This document shows, piece by piece, positions 25,479-39,039 of a DNA stretch of 64,000 nucleotides (its first letter is position 1; the number at the start of each line of letters is the position of its first letter). The position numbers and the translations under genes are program-made. The notes beneath the pieces are model-generated. The model had not been told where the DNA came from and did no database searches. It was given only the letters and a program-made list of their open reading frames with translations. The DNA is from Octopus vulgaris (Eukaryota): positions 28,458,001 to 28,522,000 of the forward strand of contig OX597836.1 of NCBI GenBank assembly GCA_951406725.2. Reading direction: 5' to 3'.

Positions 25479-25885
25479 GGATCTTTTCGGTTTGGGCAGT
25501 TTTTTCTAGCAGTGTCATATGAAATTGTCACCCATAATTATGAACCTAGAATCGATCTATTGCATTTCAATCTGTTTTAGGGTTAGGGGTGGGGGGAAAG
25601 GGTATCTTTTTTTCTTCACAAATGTAAATAAACCCAATCTGTTTCTTAAACGAGGGATATATTCATATGGTACAGAATGTTTTTTTACCTCAATGGACGT
25701 CATTGATTGGTTGAAATTGCAGAAATTGAAGAAAAAAAACAAATATCTTACAAACTATAGAATTTTCTCAATAAAGCCAAGAGAAAAAGATGTTTTATAA
25801 ACACATTCTACCAGTATACGAAGTTTAAAATTTTTTAGTTACCTAGAAATTATGTTAAAAATTGCCGTTCAAACCGAAAAGATCC
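25479..25885. mobile_element. MITE with GGATCTTTTCGGTTTG TIRs and 8-bp TSD
   Basis: TSD caaattta at 25471-25478 and 25886-25893. Confidence 0.9.
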
Positions 25886-25985
25886 CAAATTTAATTTGAC
25901 AAATTAAATTTAAATGTTGAAGTGAATCTAACGGATTTTGTGTGTTTCTTGAAAGGCTTATAAAACACCTTCCACACTGCAATTA

Positions 25986-26125
25986 TTAGGTTGTCCAAAA
26001 GTTCGTAAACACTTGCGAAAATTGAATTTTTACTCGCCAAGTACTAACAAAAACAACAAAAATTATTTCTCAAAATAAAGACCATTATTTTCCAAGACTT
26101 TCTACGAACTTTTGGGACAACCTTA
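25986..26125. mobile_element. mariner-type MITE
   Basis: TIR aggttgtccaaaagttcgta / tacgaacttttgggacaacct, TA-flanked; resembles TTAGGTTG-type mariner TIRs. Confidence 0.7.
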
Positions 26126-26244
26126 TAATTTGATACACATTTTACAGTAAGTTTTGTTTTGGTTACAAAACAAACTTCATTCACTACTTGTTTTATTTTT
26201 AATTTAATATTGGTTTTTGCTTGTTTCCAATTTACCAAATCTAG

Positions 26245-26372
26245 ATTGTTGTTCAGAATGGGCTGTGGTTGAAAAATATGGGAGAGACATATGAAAAACA
26301 GTTTGGAGAGAAAGCTCCGGATAATCTACAAGACCTGGTACGATCTTGGGTTGACGTGTTTAAGATAGAACA
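26245..26372 (+). CDS. TDRD7: TDRD7 exon 10, LOTUS2 (IVVQNGLWLKNMGETYEKQFGEKAPDNLQDLVRSWVDVFKIE)
   Basis: ctag acceptor, GTAAGT donor, phase 0 to 2; NGLW...Y...F.E...W motif like TDRD7 LOTUS2. Confidence 0.9.
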
Positions 26373-26542
26373 GTAAGTAACGAGCCATTTAATGAATAAC
26401 TTAACTTTTAATTTTAATCAGTCGAGGTAATTGCTTCGTCTCACTTGTGTTTTCTTCTTCACTTGGCTATTAACCCTGCAATTAAATTTCATGGTTATTC
26501 CGCTAATGATGTTAAATATCTTTAAAAAAAAATACCAGTATA

Positions 26543-26705
26543 GGCGCAGGAGTGGCTGTGTGGTAAGTAGCTTGCTAACCAACCACATGGTTCCGGGTTC
26601 AGTCCCACTGCGTGGCATCTTGGGCAAGTGTCTTCTGCTATAGCCCCGGGCCGACCAATGCCTTGTGAGTGGATTTGGTAGACGGAAACTGAAAGAAGCC
26701 TGTCG

Positions 26706-26736
<31 letters not shown>

Positions 26737-26956
26737 ATGTATGTGTTTGTGTGTCTGTGTTTGTCCCCCTAGCATTGCTTGACAATCGATGCTGGTGTGT
26801 TTATATCCCCGTCACTTAGTGGTTCGGCAAAAGAGACCAATAGAATAAGTACTGGGCTTACAAAGAATAAGTTCCGGGGTCGATTTGCTCGACTAAAGGC
26901 GGTGCTCCAGCATGGCCGCAGTCAAATGACTGAAACAAGTAAAAGAGTAAAGAGTA
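26543..26956 (+). mobile_element. Full-length tRNA-derived SINE with internal (TA)n(TG)n and (AAGAGT)n tail
   Basis: ggcgcaggagtggctgtgtggtaag...ggttccgggttcagtcccac; many copies (e.g. 3826, 4786, 8680, 18290, 43672, 53338). Confidence 0.88.
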
Positions 26957-27559
26957 GGATGTTCTGCGAGTCACATTGTCTCAGTAAACCTTCTACTATA
27001 AGACTTCGGATGACCAAAGCCTTGTGAGTAGATTTAGTAGATGGAAACTGAAAGAAGCCTGTTGATGCCCATTGTGTGTGTGTTTATGTGTGTTACTGTG
27101 TCTTTACCTCCCCATCATGTTATGGTTGTAAACAAGTATCACTGTAATATAAGTGGTGTCTTTCGTTTCCAGTCTTCAGTGAAAGCTGATGATGATGATG
27201 ATGATGTATTGTTTTGTCTATTGAATTTATTTGTCATCAGAATAAGAAACTATCCTGTTTAGCTTAGGCAGTAACAATATATATATATATATATATCTCA
27301 TCATCATCATCATCGTTTAGCGTCCTTTTTCCATGCTACCATGGGTTATATATATATATATATATACACAAACGTGCAGGTGGCATGTAAAAAGCACCCA
27401 CTACACTCTCGGAGTGGTTGGCGTTAGGAAGGGCATCCAGCTGTAGAAAATCTGCCAGATCAAGACTGGAGCCTGGTGCAGCCATCTGGTTGCCAGCCCT
27501 CAGTCAAAACCGTCCAACCCATGCTAGCATGGAAAACGGACGTTAAACAATGATGATGA

Positions 27560-27594
<35 letters not shown>

Positions 27595-28075
27595 CATACA
27601 TACACATGATGTTTTCTCCTCACCCCCACAACACCACAATTTGTGAATGCTATAGTTCTAAGAACAATGCCAGCTTTGATAGAAATTTAGTCCAAATACC
27701 TGGGATTTGGGAGAGGCAAGCGTGAATGACTTTCCTGTTCTTTGTTCATTTGTTAGGCATTCTTGTCTTTTCAAAATTTCACATCAAAACTTCTGTTGTT
27801 ATTTTCATGGCTACAACAGATTTCATTCATGATGTTGTTTTTGTTTGTTTTTCTGCTTCTTGGAGCTCTTTGTATGCTTTATTTGTTTTCGATTTTTTTG
27901 TGTGATTTTTTTTTTTTTAGGCCAAATGATTGGCTGTTTATATTGGATGATACCCTGTTGGGTAGAAATGGGGTGCACATCCTGAATAAATCCAGTATAT
28001 AATTTGCAGCACTTTGCATCTTATAAGGCTTTTGGTCTCTTACTAGTCGTGGTCTTCATTATTCAGTTCCAAGTA

Positions 28076-28114
<39 letters not shown>

Positions 28115-29898
28115 TTCTTTACTACCCACAAGGGGCTAAACACAGAGGGGACAAACAAGGACAGACAAAGGGATTAAGTTGACTACATCGACCCCAGTGC
28201 GTAACTGGTACTTAATTTATCGACCCCCGAAAGGATGAAAGGCAAAGTCGACCTCGGCAGAATTTGAACTCGGAACGCAACGACAGACGAATTTCGCCTG
28301 GCGTCCTAACGTTTCTACCAGCTCGCTGCCTATATATATATGATGTATGTATATCATCAGACGTCCGTTTTCCATGGTGGTATGGGTTGGATGGTTTGGC
28401 AGGAGCTGGCAGGACCAGGGGCCACACCAGATATATGTGTGTGTTTATATACACCCCCCCACCCCATATATGCATTCACAGGTATGGCCGAAGTTTGTTT
28501 CCCAACCACATGGTCTTGGGTTCACTTCCACTGCATAGCACCTTGGGCATGTGCCTTCTACTATAACCTAGAGTCTTGTGAGTGGATTTGGTAGAAGAAA
28601 ACTGACAGAAGCCCTATATGTGTGTCTGTCTGTCTCTCTTTGTTACTTTAGTGAAATGCAAACAAACAAGAAAGTTGGAGTAGGAACTCAGTGAATCTTC
28701 AATTGAATAAGTAATCTTTATTGCATGGATTGAGCATCCTGCATCATGCTGCAGAAAATCTGCCTCAGCAAATTCTATCTGTGGGTGTCTGTTACTCTCT
28801 CTTTTGCCTTGGCATCATGTGTTCATTGTAAAATGATTGTCACTATCATACAAACAGTGTCCTTTATTTCCTATCTTCTGTAAAAAAAAAAAAAAAAAAA
28901 AAAGCGTCTGGCCATGAGAAATATTTACCTTGTTTGGAAACAGGTGAGGGTTGGGGTTGGCAACAGGAAGAGCATCCTGCTGCGGACAATCTGCCTCAAA
29001 AGATTTGATGCAAGCCATGTAAGCATGGAAAAGTAGAGCTCAAGCGATGAGGATGGCTATGTCTGTGTCCAAAAAAGACAATGATTTGATGCATCTTCTG
29101 CTTTAAAATTCATGCTTGAATCTGCGCGTTCAAAGATAAATTCTTGTCTTTCTTACTTGAGCGAAACATGTACAAATAAGGAAGCTGGAGTAGCAACTCA
29201 ATGAATCTTCAATTGTATAAGTAGTCTTTATTGTATGGATTGAGTTTTATTTTCTCCAATTACTGCTGTGTGTCTTTTAAAAAAAGCACCCCTCTTCCAC
29301 TGTAATTCTTCCTGTATTACAGCAGGTATAAATCTGCAGGAGAGACAGAAAGCTGGCAGAATTGTTAGCACGCTGGCCAAAATGCTAAGTGGCTTTTTTG
29401 TCTTTATGTTCTGAGTTCAAATTCTGCTGAGGTCGGCTTTGCCTTTCATCCTTACGGGGTAAATAAAATGTGTACCAGTTGAGCACTGAAGGGGGATTGT
29501 GTTGATGCTATCAACTTAGCCCCTCCCTTCAAAAATTTCTGACCTTGGGCCAAAATTTGAAACAAATGTTACCTGCAGAAATTCCGACCTTCTGTAAATG
29601 TTCTCTTGTGTTGCTTCACAGATCTCCATAAGATAGTGTTGACCCTTCAATTGTGAAATTAAATTTTAGAGTTATTCCAGTAATGGTGTTAAATATCTTC
29701 CAAAACAAATGGAACTGGTATTTTCTGTAAGTCACATTGCCTCAATAAACTTGGCATATCTCAACAAAAGGTAGTTCCAAACATGACATTCCTCAATAAA
29801 AGATAGATTGGGATATAAACACTGCTTTCTGCAGTTAAGGGTAATGAAATTTTGAGTGGATATATCTGAACCCCTTAGTAAAAGGGTTAAAATAAAAG

Positions 29899-30332
29899 GG
29901 ATCTTTTCGGTTTGAACGGCAGTTTTTTCTAGCAGTGTCATATGAAATTGTCACCCATAATTATGACCCTAGAATCGATCTATTGCATTTCAATGTCTTT
30001 TAAGGTTAGGGTTAGTTATGGTTGGTTAGGGTTAGGGGTGGGGGAAGGGTATCTTTTTTTCTTCACAAATGTAAATAAACCCAATCTGTTTCTTAAACGA
30101 GGGACATATTCATACGACACAGAATGCTTTTTAACTCAAGAGACGTCACTGATTGGTTGAAATTGCAGAAATTGAAGAAAAAACAACAAATATCTTACAA
30201 ACTATAGAATTTTCTCAATAAAGCCAAGAGAAAAAGATGTTTTATAAACACATTCTACCAGTATACGAAGTTTAAAATTTTTTAGTTACCTAGAAATTAT
30301 GTTAAAACCTGCTGTTCAAACCGAAAAGATCC
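29899..30332. mobile_element. Second copy of GGATCTTTTCGGTTTG MITE with 8-bp TSD
   Basis: TSD aataaaag at 29891-29898 and 30333-30340. Confidence 0.9.
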
Positions 30333-30772
30333 AATAAAAGTAGGGGGACATTGAATAATATCCTGGATTTGTGTGTCTGGAAAGAAAGTAGAACAGTCAT
30401 GGTTGGACTGTCCTATTTTGATACAATCCCGCAACCTATTAACTGTGAAATTAAACTTCATGGTTGCTCCAGTCATGATGTTAAATATTTACCAAAACAC
30501 AGAATTGGTATTTTTCGCCAGTCATCCAGAAAATAGTTTCAAGCCTGACATCTTTCAACAAAAAGATAGATTGAAATATAAACACTGCTTTTTGCAGTTA
30601 AGGGAGATGAAGTTTTGAGTGGATATATCTGATTTCTGCAGTAAAAGGGTTAAATATTTCAATTGTGTCCATAGTACAGGTTGTTTAAAGCATAACAAAC
30701 AGCTGTTATATAAGATAAACAATAATATTATAGAGAGTGATATTAATCATATTATGTATTATTTGTCAACAG

Positions 30773-30839
30773 AGCTTGTGCTACACAGATGGAAATCGTG
30801 TATCCAGTGAAACAGTCCTTGGTGTCATTTACAGGCAAG
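30773..30839 (+). CDS. TDRD7: TDRD7 exon 11, LOTUS2 end (QACATQMEIVYPVKQSLVSFTGK)
   Basis: cag acceptor, AAG|GTAGGC donor, phase 2 to 0; IVYP terminal LOTUS strand. Confidence 0.8.
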
Positions 30840-31244
30840 GTAGGCAGGCTTTTATTTTATAAATCTTCTATCTTGATATGTTTGCTCAGACATGGGCATG
30901 TGAGACTTCCTGAATGGCACGCCTAATGAAAAATTCCTTTGAATTATTTTTAGTATTGTGGCACACCTACTGAAGAGTCCTGCATTGTGTGGCTCCGTGT
31001 GCAGACAATTCGCCAATTGGACAATAAGTTGACATGTGGCAGTATCGGTCATGGAGTTCATAAAAACGGAATGAGGATACAGACTTTTAAAAAATGTCAA
31101 CATATTGTCCTTTCGGCAAATTGTCCAATCAGTCACTTGTCCTGTCTGTAAGTTATCTGTTGGCCAACTGTCTGTTGACGAATTGTCTGTCTACCATGTG
31201 ACTCACTTCTAGAAAACTGTTTGCCCATCCCTGTTTTAGGTTTA

Positions 31245-31760
31245 CTTATTTCTTTATTGCCCACAAGGCGCTAAACATAGAGGGGACAGACAAAGGGATT
31301 AAGTCGATTACATCGACCCCAGTGCGTAACTGGTACTTAATTTATTGACCCCGAAAGGATGAAAGGCAAAGTCAACCTTGGTGGAATTTGAACTCAGAAC
31401 ATAATGGCAGACGAAATACCTATTTCTTTACTACCCACATGGGGCCAAACACAGAGGGGACAAACAAGGACAGACAAACGGATTAAGTCGATTCCATCGA
31501 CCCCAGTGCGTAACTGGTACTTAATTTATCGACCCCAGTGCGTAACTGGTACTTAATTTATTGACCCCGAAAGGATGAAAGGCAAAGTCGACTTTGGCGG
31601 AATTTGAACTCAGAACATAACGGCAGACGAAATACGGCTACGCATTTCGCCCGGCGTGCTAACGTTCCTGCCAGCTCGCCGCCTTTTATATAAACGGGCG
31701 AAATACCACTAAACATTTCGCCCAGTGTGCTAACTAACGTTTCTACCAGCTCGCCGCCTT
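31245..31760 (-). mobile_element. Nested/tandem cluster of ggcggcgagctggcaga-family SINEs
   Basis: Repeated catcgaccccagtgcgtaactggtac / gaaaggatgaaaggcaaagtcg blocks. Confidence 0.8.
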
Positions 31761-32283
31761 ACGGTTTTAGGTTTACCTGAATGAGGAAACACTTCATCTT
31801 CATTTGATCATCTCTTCTACACCGGTGACATTTGATCTATATTTTGGTGGTGAGGGTACAAACTGTTGTTCTTTCATGTGTTTACATAATGTACACTTGC
31901 TAAGTGCCACTCCTTCCCCCCCACACACAACATACTGTTTTTGTTTATTTTTTGAGTAGAAAAATATAAAAGTACTCAATGTTAGAAGTCTGATACATGT
32001 TTGTCATTTCTTATCAATTTACTGAAGACTATGTGTGTGGCTGTGTTATGAGAAGCTTGCCTCTCAACCACATGGTTCCAGGTTCAGTCCCACTTGCATG
32101 GCACCTTGGGCAAGTGTCTTCTACTGTAGCCTTGGGCCAACCAAAGCCTTGTGAGTGGATTTCGCTGATGGAAGCACTCTTGTCCTCTTTCTTATATATT
32201 AAAATTGTGTTGTTTTTATATCTTAATTAAAAGTACAATTAATTTCTTGTCTCTCTTTTCTTTGTTTCATTTCATTTGTTAAG

Positions 32284-32321
32284 GAAGTTGAAATAAAACA
32301 TGCTGATTTGTTACCAGTCGG
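32284..32321 (+). CDS. TDRD7: TDRD7 exon 12, 38-nt exon (EVEIKHADLLPVG)
   Basis: Long pyrimidine tract + aag acceptor, GG|GTAAGT donor; needed to bridge phase 0 to 2. Confidence 0.75.
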
Positions 32322-33653
32322 GTAAGTTTACATTTCATCCTCCTCCTCTTTATTCTGCCTTCTGCTCTTTCCTCAGCCTCCCCCTCTACCTCTTTCCTCT
32401 TCCTCCTCCTCTATCACCGAATTCTCATCATTGTAGTACCACAGCTACTACCACACCACCACTGCTATTTCACCATGACTCCACCTCCACTATCCCCTCC
32501 ACCTACAATTACTGACAACGTGAGAGCTCGTTACTTGATTAATTTGACTTCCTAATTATAATGGCCAATCATCATCATCATTATTTGATGTCTGTTTTTC
32601 CATTCTGGCATGGGTTGTACAGTTTGACAGTAGCTGCCCACGCCTCATGTCTGTTTTGGCATGGGTTTTTATGGCTGGATGCCCTTCCTAATGCCAACCA
32701 CTTCACAGAGTGTACTGGGTGCCTTTATGCAGCACTGGCATTTATGTGGCACCAGGGCAGGTGCTTTCTATGTGGCCCCAGCACCCAGATCTCCTTCAAA
32801 CCACTCCCCACTATGTACATAAAAATTAAAAAAAAAGACACATTGGTCAATTTGTATAACAGGGATCACAACAGCATGACCTTAGCTGGACTGTCTTCTA
32901 GTCGTTTATCCATACAATAAGAGGCTGATATGAGCTAAACAACAACTGAACCAATGGGAGAGGAGCCTGTGTGCTGCTAAAACAGTAACCTAATATCTAC
33001 CTCCAGTTTTTTGTTGTATAAAATTGATAACCACCTGAGATAATCTTTTCTATTCTAGGCACAAGGCCTGAAATCTTTGAGGGGTCAGTCAATTAGATCA
33101 ACTCCAGTATGTGACTGGTACTTAATTTTTAGACCCCCAAGAGGATGAAAGGCAAAGTCAACCTCAGTGGAATTTGAACTCAAAACATAAAGACAGACGA
33201 AATACCTGTTTCTTTATTACCCATAAGGGGCTAAACATAGAGGGGACAAACAAGGACAGACAAACAGATTAAGTTGATTATATCGATCCCAGTGCGTAAC
33301 TGGTACTTAATTTTTCGACCCCGAAAGGATGAAAGGCAAAGTCGACCTCAGCGGAATTTGAACTCCGAACGTGAAGACAGACGAAATACCGCTAAGCATT
33401 TTGCCTGGTGTGCTAACATTTCTGCCAGCTCGTCGCCTTGGTAACCACCTGAGATAATGTTGATGGTTGTCTGCTGGTTATAGCTGAACTGGTTCAGGGC
33501 TACCTGACGACGATGATGATGGTGGTACTGGGTGGGGGTTTGGGGGGTGGTTCAATGATATAAAACAGATAACATTGCCACCATTACTAGTGCCCAGCAG
33601 GGTACTATGCTCCAGCAATGACACCCTGGTTACTTTTTTTTTTTTTATTGCAG

Positions 33654-33765
33654 ATCTGTACTCAATGTCTATGTCAGCTTTATCTACTCAGCTGCCCAAT
33701 TCTATGTCCACTACGAGACCAGTTGTATTCAGGAGATTGATGCTGAACTGAACCTTCACTGTCAG
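33654..33765 (+). CDS. TDRD7: TDRD7 exon 13, extended Tudor A N-part (SVLNVYVSFIYSAAQFYVHYETSCIQEIDAELNLHCQ)
   Basis: tgcag acceptor, CAG|GTAAGT donor, phase 2 to 0; V.VS.I.S...FYV eTudor motif. Confidence 0.9.
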
Positions 33766-35533
33766 GTAAGTCTGTGTGTGTGTGTGTGAGATTTTATGGT
33801 ATGCTACATGTGCTACTCTGATGTCTTCTATCTTTTCCTTGTTTCAGTCATTGGACTGCGGCCATGCTGGGGCACCGCCTTGTAGAACTTTTAGTTGAAT
33901 GAATTGGTCCTAGCTACTTATTTATTGTTGTTTCAAACCTGGGACGTGCTCTGTTGGTCTCTTTTGCTGAACCACTAAGTCATGCGGACATAAGCACACC
34001 AACACAGGTTAATTGATGATGGGCGGCGGGGGTGGGGGACGGACAAACAAACACACACATTTCTTTCAGATTTGTCTACCGAATCCACTCACAAGGTCTT
34101 GGTTGGCCCAAGGTTGTTGTAGAAGGTGCTCGTCAAAGGTGCCATGCAGTGGGACTGAACCTGAAACCATGTGGTTGGGAAGCAAGCTTCTTACCACACA
34201 GCCATGGTGCTGTGTAATGTGTTCTGATACAAGTATTATGGTATGGTACATACATACATATATATATATATACATATATACGATGGGCTTCTTTCAGTTT
34301 CCGTCTATCAAATCCATTCACAAGGACTTTGGTCGGCTTGAGGCTATAGTAGAAGACACTTGCCCAAGGTGCTACGCACTGGGACTGAACCTGGAACCCT
34401 GTGCCTATTTTTTTTTTCTTTGTGCATTTGTGCATCATAATTGTGGTCATTACTGGTGCCATGTGAATCGTAGTTGTGGTTGTTGCTAGTGACATGTAAA
34501 AGCACCCATTACACTCCTGGAGTGGTTGACTTTAGGAAGGGCATCCAGCTGTAGAGACCATGCCAAATCAGACTGGAACCTGGTGCAGCTCTCCAGCTCA
34601 TCAGTTCCAGGCAAACCATCTAACCCATGCCAGCATGGAGAGTGGACGTTAAATGAAGATGATGATATGGATATGCTTTATCATTGCCCACATGAGGAAT
34701 TTGTCTTTCGGTGAATTTTCCTATACGGCGAATTTTTGGACAAAGTTGCTAGTATATAGGTGAGTGGTAGGTAAAGTGGAATCTTTATGTGCACAGATTC
34801 CAACTTTCAGAGTGAAGGTCAAGTTTGGAGTGCCGTCTAGACAGGAGACCTGGACTATAAATGAGAAAGAGAGGGAGAGAGAGAGATAGATAAATATGTT
34901 TCTGAGAGGAACAAGGTGTTTGGCGTATATGTTTATAGGCAATGAGGTATAGGATAGATTGGAGGCCACGAATATTAGAGAAGACGAAGAACAATTAACC
35001 AGCAGGGTTAGTGTTATTTTAGCATTTAGGGATCTATATGGCACTAGACATTTTATCTGATCAGTCAACAAACTTATACCACAATACTGGGTTCTGTTTT
35101 AATCAATTCTGGTAACCTACCAGTCAATGTATTTTTAAACGTGCTGTGGGCACGTAACAAACAACATCCGAGTGTGGCCATTCGGCAGCCTCGTCTGGCA
35201 CCTGTGTCGGTGGCACATAAGAAAACACCATCCGAGCGTGGCCGTCTGGCACCTGTGTCGGTGGCACATAAAAACACCATCCGAGCGTGGCCGTCTGCCA
35301 GCCTCGTCTGGCACCTGTGTCGGTGGCACATAAAATCACCCACTACACTCTCGGAGTGGTTGGCGTTAGGAAGGGCATCCAGCTGTAGAAACACTGCCAG
35401 ATCTGACTGGCCTGGTGCAGCCTTCGAGCTTGCCAGACCCCAGTTGAACCGTCCAACCCATGCTAGCATGGAAAGCGGACGTTAAACGATGATGATGATG
35501 ATGATGATGATGTTTGACTTTGTTTATTTCCAG

Positions 35534-35644
35534 AAACGTCATGTGGATATAAAAGCTCTGCAGATTGGTGGATTTTGTGTTGCGCAGTACTCCGACAATG
35601 ATGCCTGGTACAGAGCATCTATTTTAGACATCGATGACGAAAAG
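35534..35644 (+). CDS. TDRD7: TDRD7 exon 14, Tudor A core (KRHVDIKALQIGGFCVAQYSDNDAWYRASILDIDDEK)
   Basis: G..CVA.Y...WYRA.I Tudor motif; ttccag acceptor, AAG|GT donor, phase 0 to 0. Confidence 0.93.
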
Positions 35645-36553
35645 GTTTTTATTTTCACCTTAACATCTCCCCCACCCCCCATGTAGTTGTTCTCTTTGTC
35701 GTCGTCGTTGTTTTTTTTTACCTTCCATCTACATGTTTTCTGTCAGACAAGTCAAATTTTTCAGATCAAACATTTACAGCCAAAAAGTGGGCAGGTGAAC
35801 TTATACAGCAAGACTACTTTCGAGAACCAAAAATTCCATGTCAAATGCACAAGGATTGGGAAAAATAGTAATGATGTTTGTAGGTTTACACTTCAGGTCC
35901 ACTATGATAGCACATAACAAAAATTTTAATTAGCTTTTAATTCTCTTGATATTTACTTTGCATCCATGTTGATGTGTGATTTTAATTGTAGATAAAAGCA
36001 AATATTAAAAATCAATTTGATATAATTATTATTTCAAATGAAAAGTTGTCCTTTTTTTTTATTTTGACTTTTCATCCTGCTGTGATATCTCCTGTCTCAA
36101 CCCCCCTCAACCCCGTTCCCTATACAAGTGCCGATGATCCGATCCATCCCAATATCTTGATATCCTGAAATCTGAATAAAATCCTGAAAATACCTGCAAA
36201 GAAAAAAATCCTTTGGTAGAATAGTTATTTGTGACACAGGGGATTGACTTCTGATTATAAACTTTGATTTTTTTCTTCTCTTTTCTGATTGAAAAATCTA
36301 CCTCAACTTACATGCTACATTGACTTGTATGCCAGAAGATATGGTATCTTCTATCATTTACAATCATAATTTTTCATGCCACATGATAGAGAAACCTGTC
36401 ATTCTCTCTTTGATTACCTGATTATTTCTCTTTACTGCTTTCTCCTTCTATGTTTTTCTTATTTCTCAGCTCTGTTTTCTTCTAGTCTACCAGTCTGTCT
36501 ATTTAGTTTATCCCTCTCTCCCTGCCTACCAGTGTATTTAGTCTGTCTCCCTG

Positions 36554-36594
<41 letters not shown>

Positions 36595-36743
36595 CCATTT
36601 ATTTTCCTGTCTCTCTACCACTCTGCCTTTCTCACATCTCCCTACCTGTTTGTCTGTCTGTCAATTTAGCCTGCCTCTTTCTCTATCAGTCTGTCTGTTT
36701 GTCGCCTGTCTCTCAACCATCCGGTTTCATGATTGCTTTACAG

Positions 36744-36884
36744 GGAGAAGTAGAAGTATACTATGTGGATTATGGTAACACAGAGAGGGTTTCTATTGAC
36801 CGAATCACCAAACTGCCCACCTCTGTTGCCCATTATCCTGCTCAGGCTATTCTCTGTGCATTGTTTCAACTCATACCACCACAG
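36744..36884 (+). CDS. TDRD7: TDRD7 exon 15, Tudor A (GEVEVYYVDYGNTERV...YPAQAILCALFQLIPPQ)
   Basis: VYYVDYGN and P.QAI.C.L motifs; CAG|GTAGGA donor, phase 0 to 0. Confidence 0.95.
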
Positions 36885-37050
36885 GTAGGACTTTCAGTTT
36901 CATATTGTTGTTGTTTTGGTTGGGGGTTTGGCTTTATTGAACTCTAACCTTTTGCCACTCTTTGAACTGATTCTTCTCAAAAAAAAAACTAATGCTTGTT
37001 AAATGACTGTGATGATTCTATAATTAATTGATTATTTTCTCTCTCATCAG

Positions 37051-37132
37051 GAGGAAACAGACTTTGAAGCTTCAAAGCAGGAATTTGGAGCTCTTGCTCA
37101 GGATCAACTTCAAGCTAAAACAGTGTTAATTG
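37051..37132 (+). CDS. TDRD7: TDRD7 exon 16 (EETDFEASKQEFGALAQDQLQAKTVLI)
   Basis: tcag acceptor, G|GTAAAT donor, phase 0 to 1; SN-like helix/strand of eTudor. Confidence 0.85.
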
Positions 37133-38633
37133 GTAAATTCTGTGGTTGTTTAACATTTTTGTGTTTAATTCAGTTAAATTTGTTATTTAATGTAAAATTA
37201 CATTAATTTTGTGGCTGGATATCATTTCCACCCTTCACTGCTAACGACACTCATCTTTACGAAAATAATGTATTCTGTTTGTTTGTTTGTCTTGAAACAG
37301 TGTTCTCATTTCTTAGTCTTTATCAAATGTCATAGGAAGGCCCAGATGCAATTTTGAATAACGCACAAAATCTTGGGTCTGAAGTCCCTTTAGGGATAGA
37401 ATATGGATGAGTGAAGAAAAGCGATGTAGCAAAATTGAAAGTTATATTGGAGTTGTAGTTGAGTAGAAGTGTTAGTGTAAAGAACAAAAACACTGTCAGC
37501 TTGTCACATCACTGGTTTTTTTTTTCTTTTTCCTTCAGTCTCTCCTTATCTTACACACACACACACACACTTTCTCACAGTGCATACATACATGCTGAGA
37601 CCCCCTTCGGTCATGACTGACTGTGGGATTGCACATGGAAGACCAGCAGTCGCCCATGCATACCGGCCTCCTCTCTCCACGCCACCAGTGTTATCCAAGG
37701 GAAAGGCAAAGAGGCCGATACAGCTTAGCAACTGTGACGTCGCAACTCATTTCTACAGCTGCGTGAACTGGAGCAATATGAAATAAAGTGTCTTGCTCAA
37801 GAACACAACACGCAGCCCGGTCCGGGATTCAAACTCACAACCTCACGATTGTCAGCTCGATGCTCTACCCACTGAGCCATGCACCTTCACATACATACCA
37901 CTATCATTATTAAAATTACACACTGCCTGTGGAATGTTAAAAGCACCAGGCACCCATGCCAGTGGAACATTAAAAGCACCATTTAAGTGTGATCGTAGCC
38001 AGGGCCACTGACTGGCTCCTGTGCCAGTGGCACGTAAAAAAAAGCACAATTCCAACATGGTCATTGCCAGTACCGTTGGACTGGCTCCTGTGCATCCAGC
38101 TGTAGAAACTTGGCCAGATCAGATTGGAGACTGGTGCAGCCTTCTGGCTTGCCAGCCCTCAGTCAAACCATCCAACCCATGCCAGCATGGAAAGCGGATG
38201 TTAAACGATGATGATGATGAATTCAAATTGCTGAGGTCAACTGTGCTTTTCATCATTTCAGAGTCCATAAAATAAGTACCAGTTGAGCACTGGGGTCAGT
38301 GTAATCTGGTCCCCTCTCCTAAAATTTCAGCCTTTCTGCTTGTGGTAGAAATAATTATTGAAATTATTTATAGGCCTTATCTTTGAACAAAAATTAACAC
38401 TTACTTTCAAATACTATTGAAGATATAAAAATGCTTTTTCTTTTTTTCATATATTAATTGAAGTCTCATGATTGATCTGTCTTTCTTACCTTTTCAGTGT
38501 CTCCCTTTCTCTCAGACACTGTCAATGCAACCTTGATGTCTATTCCAGATACTTCCCTGTCTTGTTTTTTAACTTTTTACTTTTCATGTTTTGTTTTTCT
38601 GTTTTCTTCTTTTTCTCTCCCCCAACTCTTTAG

Positions 38634-38768
38634 ATAACAAAGTTTGTCATGTAATTCTAATCAACCCCGAATCACCTTCAAAACTATCCATCAACGATAT
38701 TTTAGTGAACAGTAAATTGGCCTACCTCTGTCAGACTCCTGAAGCTGACCCAGAGGAGAATGAACCAG
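38634..38768 (+). CDS. TDRD7: TDRD7 exon 17 (DNKVCHVILINPESPSKLSINDILVNSKLAYLCQTPEADPEENEP)
   Basis: tttag acceptor, CAG|GTAAAT donor, phase 1 to 1; SIN..LV...LA eTudor C-terminal motif. Confidence 0.9.
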
Positions 38769-39039
38769 GTAAATATTTCATGATTTCTGACCTCTCTCCA
38801 CTTTACCTGCTTTTTTCTTCCTTATCTCCTTTACTTAAAAAAAGAAAAAAATTCTTCTCATTTTGCTGTTATTTTTTTGTTTGTTGTTTATTATATTGTC
38901 ATGATAGAAAAAAAATATTGTATTTTTTGGCAAATGAGTTAAATTTTGTAGATTGAAATCTACAACCAAAAGATGTTGCTTTGGTGGATCGAAAGTTTCA
39001 GGTGAAATGTGGCAGGACTTGGAAAGATTGTGAAGAAGA

